The notes beneath the pieces were generated by a model. The model was not told where the DNA came from. It was given only the letters and a program-made list of their open reading frames with translations, and made no database searches. Positions 53,228 to 60,902 of a DNA stretch of 64,000 nucleotides are shown here, piece by piece (position 1 is the stretch's first letter; each line of letters opens with the position of its first letter). Source of the stretch: an uncultured virus (IMG/VR IMGVR_UViG_3300031759_000004). Its lineage: Duplodnaviria; Heunggongvirae; Uroviricota; Caudoviricetes. The stretch lies in the IMG/VR virus record IMGVR_UViG_3300031759_000004, positions 1 through 64,000 of that record; one strand, 5' to 3'. A program made the translations under genes and the position numbers.

Positions 53228-53365
53228 AGCGGGCCGAAGCTGTTTGGTTATCACCCTAGCGCCTGTCGAGGTTCAAATCCTCGCCGAGGCTTTACGCCTC
53301 GGTGGTGTAACGGTAGCACAGCGCTCTCGGCGTAAGCCGGTCTCCGAACGCGACCCTTGCCCGCT
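53228..53365 (+). ncRNA. yrlA: YrlA-type Y RNA with a permuted tRNA-like domain
   Basis: AGCGGGC-C-GAA / CTTGCCCGCT; then T-arm CGAGG-TTCAAAT-CCTCG, closed acceptor-like stem CCGAGGC/GCCTCGG, D-arm GTGT-AACGGTA-GCAC. Confidence 0.9.
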
Positions 53366-53444
53366 TTAATTTCTACCGACGGTCGGCAGCGCCCTGCGCC
53401 TGGTGGCCACCAGGACATCGTGTGAACTGCGGTAGAATCTCTTT

Positions 53445-53467
53445 TCTGGGCCGACAACTTGCCCGGA
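53445..53467 (+). promoter_or_regulatory. Ro-binding-site-like hairpin in the ro60 leader
   Basis: TCTGGGC-C-GA-CAAC-TTGCCCGGA; TAGAAT 6 nt upstream. Confidence 0.55.
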
Positions 53468-53540
53468 TTGGAATCAGTAACAACAGCCCGGGCATCGGCT
53501 GAGACGTACGGTAGTTGCGTGCGATTGCCCTTTAACCAGT

Positions 53541-55238
53541 ATGGCGAAGATCAATGTTTCCCAGTTCGATACGCGGTCGGCCAAGCGCTCGCTCAAGCTG
53601 CCGGTCACTGAACCCCTCCCCGACCGTGGCCAGGTGCTCAACAGCACCGGCGGCTACACCTGGGCGGTAGACGACTGGAAGCGCCTGGAGCGCTTCCTGG
53701 TCCTGGGTTCGGAGGGCGGCACCTATTACGTAGACGAGCCGGACCTGACCAAGCAGAACCACGACGGCGTGCTGGCCTGTCTGAAGGCGGATGCCCGCCG
53801 GACGATCCAGACGGTGGTAGACATCAGCGTCCAGGGCCGGGCCTACCGCAACGAACCCGCGCTGTTTGTGCTCGCCCTGGCGGCGGCCTCGGACTGCCCG
53901 GAGACGCGCGCCCTGGCGCTGGAGGCGCTGCCGCAGGTGGCGCGTATCGGCACGCACCTGTACCACTTCATGGCGTACGTGACCGCCTTTCGCGGCACGG
54001 GCCGTGGCGTGCGCAACGCGATTGGCCGGTGGTTTACGTCCAAGGCTCCGGAAGAGCTGGCCCACCAGGTGGTCAAGTACCAGCAGCGCGACGGCTGGTC
54101 TGCTCGCGACATGCTGCGGCTGGCCCACCCCAAGGCGTATAATGATGCCCAGGAGGCGGTCTTCCGCTGGGTGATCGGCGGCCTGGCGGCCACCGGCCCC
54201 CGGTCCGTACAGCGCAAGCTGGCAGGCGTTAAGACCTACCCGGACGTGCGGCAACACCTGCCGGTGTTCATCGAGGCGTTCGAGCAGGCTAAGTTCGCGG
54301 ACGAAGCCGAGCTGGTCAAGCTGATCGCGGCGCACAAGCTGCCCCGCGAGGCCGTGCCGACGGACAAGCTTAATTCGGTGGCCGTATGGGAGGTCCTGCT
54401 CCAGAACATGCCGCTGACGGCCATGATTCGGAACCTGGGCAAGATGACGGCGGTGGGCCTGGTGCGCCCGCTGAGCCAGGCGGCCAAGCTGGTGACCGAG
54501 CGGCTCACCAACGCGGGCTACTTGCGCAAGTCGCGGATTCACCCGATGCAGGTCCTGGTGGCCTCCCGCGTCTACGGCGGCAACGCCGGACTGCGCGGCA
54601 AGCTGGCCTGGACGGCGGTGCCGTCGATCCTGTCGGCGCTGGACGAAGCGTTTTACGCGACGTTCCCGAACGTCCATCCCTGCGGCAAGCCGCTGCTGAT
54701 TGGCCTGGACGTTTCTGGCTCCATGAACAGCTCCATGGCCGGTGCCACGGCGCTGCGCGCCTGCGAGGCCACGGCGGCCCTGGCCCTGGTTCACGCCAGC
54801 GTCGAGCCGGAGTGTCACATCTTCGGCTTCGCGGACACGTTCCGGGAGCTGGGCATTCGCAAGGGCATGACCTTGGAGACGGCCATGCGGCAGGCCGCCG
54901 ACATGAACTTCGGTTCCACGGACATCAGCCTGTGCTTCGAGTACGCGCGGAAGGCCAAGCTCAAGGTGGGCGGCTTTATCTGCATGACGGATAACGAAGT
55001 CAACTGTGGCCGTCACCCGGCGCTGGCGCTGCGCGACTATCGGGCGAACTTCGTGCCGGATGCCCGCAGCGTCATGCTGGCGACGACGTCGACGCCGTTT
55101 ACGTGCAACGATCCGGAGGACGCGTACGGCTTGGACGTGGTGGGTTTCGACTCGTCGGTCCCGTCGGTCGTGGCGGACTTCATCCGGGGCGAAGCCGCCT
55201 CGGTGGTAGGAGACGCGGAAGTATACAGCCAGGACTAA
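53541..55238 (+). CDS. rsr: Ro60 (TROVE + vWA) RNA-binding protein
   Basis: NSTGGY, RFLVLGSEGGTYY, KYQQRDGWS.RD.LRLAHP, MP.TAMIRNLGKMT, DVSGSM, TDNE, DVVGFD. Confidence 0.95.
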   Translation: MAKINVSQFDTRSAKRSLKLPVTEPLPDRGQVLNSTGGYTWAVDDWKRLERFLVLGSEGGTYYVDEPDLTKQNHDGVLACLKADARRTIQTVVDISVQGRAYRNEPALFVLALAAASDCPETRALALEALPQVARIGTHLYHFMAYVTAFRGTGRGVRNAIGRWFTSKAPEELAHQVVKYQQRDGWSARDMLRLAHPKAYNDAQEAVFRWVIGGLAATGPRSVQRKLAGVKTYPDVRQHLPVFIEAFEQAKFADEAELVKLIAAHKLPREAVPTDKLNSVAVWEVLLQNMPLTAMIRNLGKMTAVGLVRPLSQAAKLVTERLTNAGYLRKSRIHPMQVLVASRVYGGNAGLRGKLAWTAVPSILSALDEAFYATFPNVHPCGKPLLIGLDVSGSMNSSMAGATALRACEATAALALVHASVEPECHIFGFADTFRELGIRKGMTLETAMRQAADMNFGSTDISLCFEYARKAKLKVGGFICMTDNEVNCGRHPALALRDYRANFVPDARSVMLATTSTPFTCNDPEDAYGLDVVGFDSSVPSVVADFIRGEAASVVGDAEVYSQD

Positions 55239-55516
55239 TGAGCGTCCGGGCTGACATTCTGAACGCGCAACGGAGGTGGTCAAGCACACCAGGCACCCAT
55301 CGTGTCTGGTGTGTTTTTAATTTGAAAACCGGCGAGCTGGTGCGGATCGTCAACTGGCGCACGGCGTACATGAACTACGCGCCGGACGACAGCTACGTGG
55401 CGCTTTCAGCTCGGGGTGGTAAGTTTCAACAGCGTTGGTTTTCCACCGGATTGGTCGCCAAGGCGGCGGAGTGCGCCGCCACTTTGGACCAACTGGAGGC
55501 TAGGGCAGCTTGCTGA
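55238..55516 (+). CDS. Small hypothetical protein coupled to ro60
   Basis: TAATG stop/start overlap at 55236-55240. Confidence 0.6.
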   Translation: MSVRADILNAQRRWSSTPGTHRVWCVFNLKTGELVRIVNWRTAYMNYAPDDSYVALSARGGKFQQRWFSTGLVAKAAECAATLDQLEARAAC

Positions 55517-55955
55517 GGTAGTTTTCGATCACGTGCCGCACCGGGCAGTTGTCGCTGGAGGAGCACTGGAAAAGAATGTAGCCGATGAAACCGTTGCCGG
55601 GGACGTGGGTGATGCGGAACACGCTGGTTATTGGTTCGTTTCCGACGATGGTCCGGATGGTGATGGTCGCGGCGGTACGGTCGCGGCGCAGCAGGTTGAC
55701 CCACAGGGCTTTGTAGGTTTCCAAATCTTCGGGATGCACCAGCCTTTCCCACTGGCCTTCGTTTACTTGATCCAGACGGGCGTCAAACGCCTGCTGGTAG
55801 GCTTCGTTGATGAAGATGGTTTCGCCCTCCTTGTTCACGATAAAGCACGGGATCGGACAAACGTCGATGTAGCGCTCCAGAATGCTCTGGCGGGCTACAA
55901 AATGTTCAGCTAGTTGGGTTGCGAAGCTCACACCTATAGATACTCGGCCAGTCAA
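55500..55955 (-). CDS. Stand-alone PAS-domain protein
   Basis: PIPCFIVNKEG..IFINEAY...W..LVHPED. Confidence 0.8.
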   Translation of the reverse strand: MTGRVSIGVSFATQLAEHFVARQSILERYIDVCPIPCFIVNKEGETIFINEAYQQAFDARLDQVNEGQWERLVHPEDLETYKALWVNLLRRDRTAATITIRTIVGNEPITSVFRITHVPGNGFIGYILFQCSSSDNCPVRHVIENYLSKLP

Positions 55956-56470
55956 AAAGGGTTGTTTCCAGTGTCACTCGGCTCCGACGAAGTTTCCCAG
56001 CGCTCCTGCGCTTCCTCTCGTGGCGTGTTATCGCTGCCCTGGGCGCTGTTATCCGCGTGGGTCATGATCTGGATGTTCCAGTGGTGGTAGCCGTCGGTAC
56101 GGTCAATTCGGTCGACCGTCAGGCTGCTCGGATTCTTGCCCCGGAGTTCCAGGTAGTTGGTTTTGGCGCAGAACGCCTTGAACTGGTCCAGGGTCAGGGT
56201 GAAGGGCAGGTTGCGCTTGCGCGCGCTGTGCCGCAGCATGTTCAGGACGTAGGTGTGGGGATGCCGCTCCGCCAGGTGGCGCGCCTTGCACTTCCAGCAG
56301 TACGGCAGCGTGCATTCGTAGACGCCTACCTTGCCCGATGCCGTGCGGTAGCGGGAGCGCTTGGTGGCCCGCCGGTTCTTGCACCACTTGCTTTTGCACT
56401 TCTCCGCTTTGGTGCGCGCTTTGGGCGCAACCCGTGTTTTCTTTTTGCGGCGGTAGCCGCTCCAGTTCAT
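55952..56470 (-). CDS. Basic Cys-rich protein with an HNH-like nuclease motif
   Basis: LTVDRID..DGY...NIQ......N; CxxC motifs. Confidence 0.6.
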   Translation of the reverse strand: MNWSGYRRKKKTRVAPKARTKAEKCKSKWCKNRRATKRSRYRTASGKVGVYECTLPYCWKCKARHLAERHPHTYVLNMLRHSARKRNLPFTLTLDQFKAFCAKTNYLELRGKNPSSLTVDRIDRTDGYHHWNIQIMTHADNSAQGSDNTPREEAQERWETSSEPSDTGNNPF

Positions 56471-56532
56471 GCGGGTAAGAACCCATCAGTAGCGTTTACA
56501 CGGACGTGGCCCGGTGCTGACAAAAGTTTACA

Positions 56533-56561
56533 TTGACGGATGTCTACGCCGGTGGTAACCT
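56533..56561 (+). promoter_or_regulatory. Sigma70-like promoter TTGACG-17-TAACCT
   Basis: ATG 6 nt after the -10 box. Confidence 0.7.
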
Positions 56562-56567
56562 GTTGCC

Positions 56568-56759
56568 ATGGTAGACATTATTACCATCTGTACGTGTGAA
56601 ATCTGTCAGCCCGATCTGACGCAGGGTTTGGTCCTGCGTGATTTTGAGCGGACGGAGGACGCCACGCTGGAGGCCGCCCATCAGCGCAAGATCGAGGCCA
56701 GTCGCCTGCGCCAGCAGTTGGAGGCGCAGGACGACCTGGTTTTGTGTGCGCAGAACTAG
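56568..56759 (+). CDS. Small hypothetical protein
   Basis: Behind the promoter; CTCEIC. Confidence 0.6.
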   Translation: MVDIITICTCEICQPDLTQGLVLRDFERTEDATLEAAHQRKIEASRLRQQLEAQDDLVLCAQN

Positions 56760-57952
56760 ACCGGGTTGCCTACCGGCACGTTTTTAAGGAAGCCTTCGCG
56801 GCTGCCTGAGAGGTCCACTTTCCCCGCTGCCAGAATGCGCTCGGCCTCGGCTTCCTGGCAGTAGTTGATCACGATCAAACCTTCCGGCTCGCTCTGCCAG
56901 TAGTCCAACCCGTGCGGGTCGTCGTAGACGCGCTGGTCGAGGCGCGCCCCGGCGGCGATCTCCAGCTTTTTGGTGACCACGGGTTCGGGCGTGGGTGAGC
57001 GGTCACGGTCGGCGGCCATCCAGTTGAGGCTGCCGTCGTCATCGTCGCTGGGGGCGCAGAGGTGGCGGGCCATGATCTTGCCGAGTGGCTTACCCATCTT
57101 GACGGACCCTTTCGTCGCCGTCGGGTTGGACATCTTCATGGTCATGTCCGCTGCTGGTTCAGCGCTGCTGCACGTCAGCGACATGAAATTAACACTGCTT
57201 CCGTACGTTGCACCGGGCGGGCTATTGCTGAAGTCGTCGCAGTAGCTGTGCAATTCGTTGTCGTGGGTGCAGTCCATCAGGCTGTGGCTCGTGCTGCCAA
57301 ATGTGCGGCGGACTGCCGGTGCCCGTGGGCGTACTTCCTTGGAGAGGAAGAAGGACAGGCCCAGGGCGTGGACGCGGTCACCGCCGATCAGGGCATTGGC
57401 CACGCCGCGCGTTTTCTGCTCGGTCAGCACGTACTGGCGGACGGTGCCGTCCTCGGCCCGGAAGCCGTCCAACCACAGGCCGCCCGGGGGCGTGCACGTG
57501 CTGGCGAGGTAGTTCTGCTTGGGCCACTTGTGGCCGCAGTCAGCGCAGAACCGGTCCGGCCCGAAGTCTTTCTTGTGGGTGGGGCACTGGTCTCGGTACT
57601 GCTCCAGCTGGGCGTCCTTGCAAGGCAGCCCGGTGATGGCGTTGATGCCTTGGACAGACACGACGATGGCGACATGCTGGGGCACGCCGCGCAGGCAGCT
57701 GTTGAAGTCCAGCCACATGCCGCGCCCTTCGACGATGGGCACGAAGTAGCTCTTGATGCGGCCACTGCTGCGGAGCCACTCCGTCGGGCAGGCCGGGTAT
57801 TCGTCCACTAGGTACGCCTGGCGGCGGTGGTATGGCGGCAGACCCTGAACGAGGGTGGAGTCATGGAGGGCCTGCGGCATGTTGAAGGAGACGCTGCAAC
57901 CGTTGACGGTCATCAGGCACTCCTGGTGGGAGGCTAAGCTAAATTTGGACAT
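56756..57952 (-). CDS. Conserved-looking hypothetical protein with a Zn-ribbon insert
   Basis: GMWLDFN, GINAITG, QNYL, WLDGF...DGTVRQY, IAAGA...Q.VY.D. Confidence 0.75.
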   Translation of the reverse strand: MSKFSLASHQECLMTVNGCSVSFNMPQALHDSTLVQGLPPYHRRQAYLVDEYPACPTEWLRSSGRIKSYFVPIVEGRGMWLDFNSCLRGVPQHVAIVVSVQGINAITGLPCKDAQLEQYRDQCPTHKKDFGPDRFCADCGHKWPKQNYLASTCTPPGGLWLDGFRAEDGTVRQYVLTEQKTRGVANALIGGDRVHALGLSFFLSKEVRPRAPAVRRTFGSTSHSLMDCTHDNELHSYCDDFSNSPPGATYGSSVNFMSLTCSSAEPAADMTMKMSNPTATKGSVKMGKPLGKIMARHLCAPSDDDDGSLNWMAADRDRSPTPEPVVTKKLEIAAGARLDQRVYDDPHGLDYWQSEPEGLIVINYCQEAEAERILAAGKVDLSGSREGFLKNVPVGNPV

Positions 57953-57996
57953 AATGAGGGTGTCGGCGGAGCAAACGCCCCGCCGACGGATGGGGG

Positions 57997-58941
57997 TTAG
58001 TATTGACGACGGACGCCGAAGGGGTTCTGCGGCTTGGTCAGTGCGCCCAGCTCAACCTTGAGCTTGGGCAGCGTGTCTTTCTTGGCGCGTTCCCGGAATT
58101 CCAGGTCGGCTCCAGGGTAAGCGACGTCGAGGGAACTGGCTTCGGCCCGTTCCAGCAGCCGCAGCACGGCGTCCTGGTTGTTCGGGTCGATGTCGCCGCG
58201 TTCCACGATGATCCGGCACATCTGGCGCTCGCACAGACTGACCTTGGCCCAGTTGCGGTGGTTGACGGTGCTGTAGTTGTTGCGCAGCGGCTGGCCAGGG
58301 AAGAGCGGGTCTTCCTCCACCATGGTGCTGGGCCTTACGCCGACCGGCCAGAGCTTGGCCAGCTTGCCGTCGACCATGACGTTTTCGCTGGCGGGGTAGC
58401 CCTGCTCCAAGTCGGAGAGGTACTGGATGGTTTCAGTCAGCGCCACGGTGCCGTCGTCGCGGAAGGCCACGACCGGCTTGTCCTGGTAGCGTTTCTTGAG
58501 GGCCGTGCTGACCGGGTCAGACGGCTTGTCAGGCAGGTACAGCTTGAACAGCTGCATCGGATCGGCGTCCTCCAGCCGGACCTTTAGGCCCAAGGCGCGC
58601 AGGGCGGCGGTGCGGTCGTCCACCTCCTCGGTGCCTTTTCCGGTGTGGACGCTGATGTCTTTTTTGGCTCCGCGCAAACCGGCCCACGACATCCGAACGA
58701 TGACAATGGGGACGTCTTTCATTATCTCGCGGTAGTCTCCGAATTTGACTTTTTCATCGTCATTGAGTCCTTCAAGACCGATGATGGATTCAATTAAACC
58801 CAGTTTTTTGGTGAGGTTATCGTTGAAATCTTCACGCAGTTCAGCGAAAACTTCATTCGGAGTTCCAGTGGACTCAAGGTAGGTTTCTACGGGTTTCCAG
58901 GCCGCGTCTACGCGGGCCTGCCATTCAGCAGTATTTTTCAT
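57997..58941 (-). CDS. Hypothetical protein
   Basis: 314-aa ORF preceded by a structured leader. Confidence 0.75.
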   Translation of the reverse strand: MKNTAEWQARVDAAWKPVETYLESTGTPNEVFAELREDFNDNLTKKLGLIESIIGLEGLNDDEKVKFGDYREIMKDVPIVIVRMSWAGLRGAKKDISVHTGKGTEEVDDRTAALRALGLKVRLEDADPMQLFKLYLPDKPSDPVSTALKKRYQDKPVVAFRDDGTVALTETIQYLSDLEQGYPASENVMVDGKLAKLWPVGVRPSTMVEEDPLFPGQPLRNNYSTVNHRNWAKVSLCERQMCRIIVERGDIDPNNQDAVLRLLERAEASSLDVAYPGADLEFRERAKKDTLPKLKVELGALTKPQNPFGVRRQY

Positions 58942-59072
58942 ATTTCAATCTTTCAGTCGTTCACTCTCGTCGATAGGTTAACCTGGTGGACGGTTCGACG
59001 GCGACCGTCCGCAGGCAGCACATTGGGTGCTGACATACCTACAGAACTGTTTTTCTCGCGTAGTTACCGGGA

Positions 59073-59546
59073 ATGAATGAACGCGCGCTAGCGACCGCCG
59101 CCCGACTGCTGGAAACCGAGGACTGGGAGTTTACTACCCAGCTGGGGCCGAAGGCGATCACTGTATACGGCACGGCGCACGACGAGACGGAGGAATTCAA
59201 CCTGACGATTCGCTGGGCGCTGATGGTGGACTTGCGGGAATGGGGCGTAAAGAGCATGGACGTAGACATTCGCTCAGTCCAGGGCCACGGCACGATTAAC
59301 CACGACGAGGACGGTTCGCTGGTGCGCGCGGTGACGATCAGCTGGCCGCAGAGGCCGCGTCCAACCGGCACCCTGGACGATCCCACGGAGGAACTGGCGG
59401 CCTACATGGCCGAGCCGAACTGGAAGATCAAGACCACCTTCCGGCGGGACAACGATGTTGACGGTAAAACCATGAGCCTGACGGTCAAGCCGTCGTTTGC
59501 GGAGATTGACCTACGCAGACAGATTATTGAAATCGAGTTCTACTGA
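59073..59546 (+). CDS. Tagged hypothetical protein (ALATAARLLETED)
   Basis: GTAGTTA 6 nt upstream. Confidence 0.7.
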   Translation: MNERALATAARLLETEDWEFTTQLGPKAITVYGTAHDETEEFNLTIRWALMVDLREWGVKSMDVDIRSVQGHGTINHDEDGSLVRAVTISWPQRPRPTGTLDDPTEELAAYMAEPNWKIKTTFRRDNDVDGKTMSLTVKPSFAEIDLRRQIIEIEFY

Positions 59547-59551
59547 GGCGC

Positions 59552-59884
59552 ATGTTTCGTTACCGTTTAGCGGGCCGACACTTTTCCCGGACCTGGCGTC
59601 GGGGCAAGGTGTACAGTGAAAAAGACCTGCTGCACATCGCCCGGCGGACAGGCTGCCAGCTGGAGCGGCGGACGGGAGGCATCACCGTTAAAAAGGGCGA
59701 CAATGTTGTTGCCATTTTCAACGAATTCCTTCAGGATGAAGGAGCTAACACAAAAGACCCTACCAATGTCTACGCTCAAATACGCCCTAGCGGCTGGAAT
59801 TATACTCCTGGCCGCACCGATCTGCCGGTCCCAAACCTGGCAGGTGAAAGTCATCGCCGCAGTCCTGGTGGCCGAAGCCGGTAG
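59552..59884 (+). CDS. Hypothetical protein
   Basis: ORF overlapping the hydrolase start; C-terminal extent uncertain. Confidence 0.45.
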   Translation: MFRYRLAGRHFSRTWRRGKVYSEKDLLHIARRTGCQLERRTGGITVKKGDNVVAIFNEFLQDEGANTKDPTNVYAQIRPSGWNYTPGRTDLPVPNLAGESHRRSPGGRSR

Positions 59885-60233
59885 CCAGGGCCGTGACGGC
59901 ATGGAGGCCGTCGGCGAAGTTATCCACCGGCGCTGCGTAGACAAAGGACGCACCCCGCTTTTCACGGTAACCCGCCAAGTCGGCTCCGTTCACGCCTTTT
60001 CCTGCCTGAACCGGACCTCGGTCGAGCACCTGGTGGAGCGCAACTGGGCCAGCCCGGCGTGGCCGCTGGCCCTGGAGCTGGCGGACGTGGTGGTCAACCA
60101 CCCGGAACGCCTGGGCAACCTAACTCACGGGGCCACGCATTTCACGCGAAGCGACGAAAAGCCAACATGGGCGATAAACCACAAGCCGGTGGTGGTGATC
60201 CACGACCACAGCTTTTACCGCATACCGTACTGA
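59766..60233 (+). CDS. SleB/Hydrolase_2-like cell wall hydrolase with a signal peptide
   Basis: VAEAG...GMEAVGEVI.RR, FSCLN, GATHF, IHDHSFY. Confidence 0.85.
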   Translation: MSTLKYALAAGIILLAAPICRSQTWQVKVIAAVLVAEAGSQGRDGMEAVGEVIHRRCVDKGRTPLFTVTRQVGSVHAFSCLNRTSVEHLVERNWASPAWPLALELADVVVNHPERLGNLTHGATHFTRSDEKPTWAINHKPVVVIHDHSFYRIPY

Positions 60234-60523
60234 TCCAGACGGGCCTGCTGGACACGTGCGAAGCCGGGGTTTACCTGACCCCGGTGGTGCGGTCCATGCT
60301 CCACGTCAATGTCGGCGACTACCTGGAACTGCGTCATCCGGGCCACGGCACCGCCATCACCCGCAGGCTGCGGGAACTGCATCTCAGCGAGCCGGTGCCT
60401 GATGTATACGTCTACATTGATCCGGTCAGCGCCCACTATCTCTGTGTCGCGCCATACGAGCAGCTGGAGATCAGGCGCGCCACCCTGGATTTCGACGCGC
60501 CATAAAAGCCAGTTCTTGGCGGG

Positions 60524-60877
60524 ATGAAAAATAAAGCCAAGCCCGCGTCGAAGCCAGCCGCCAAGTCTCCTCCAATACCAGCCAGCAAAGCCAAAGCGCC
60601 AAAGGCCAAGCCCAGTCCCTGGCGCGAATACGACTGCGAGGAGGACCTGCTCTTTCTGGGCGATCCCGGCAATTACGAGTTCGACTGCGCCATTATCGGC
60701 CTGGCGGAACGCTTCGGCGGCACGCGGGCGATAGCGTACGACACGGACAAGGTGATCGAGGTGTTGATTCGCAACGGCATGGATTTTGAAAGTGCCCGGG
60801 AGTGGTACGAGTTCAACATCATCGGTTCCTTCCTGGGTGATCACACTCCGATTTTTATTTGCACCGACCCGATGTAA
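60524..60877 (+). CDS. Phage hypothetical protein
   Basis: AIIG, YD..KVI, EWYEFNIIGS..G..TPIF; GTTCT 7 nt upstream. Confidence 0.7.
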   Translation: MKNKAKPASKPAAKSPPIPASKAKAPKAKPSPWREYDCEEDLLFLGDPGNYEFDCAIIGLAERFGGTRAIAYDTDKVIEVLIRNGMDFESAREWYEFNIIGSFLGDHTPIFICTDPM

Positions 60878-60902
60878 ACCTGGTTTTCTGTTCTTTGACT
60901 GT

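Noticed and set aside
53260..53325. T-loop and D-loop motifs as a standard tRNA
   Set aside because: The order is T-arm, closed acceptor stem, D-arm, with no anticodon loop or CCA, which is the YrlA layout
53078..53365. Repeated GGGCCGAA...CTTGYCC units as a possible CRISPR array
   Set aside because: Units are self-complementary stems with covarying bases and unequal lengths, not identical repeats with spacers; no cas genes; adjacent to ro60
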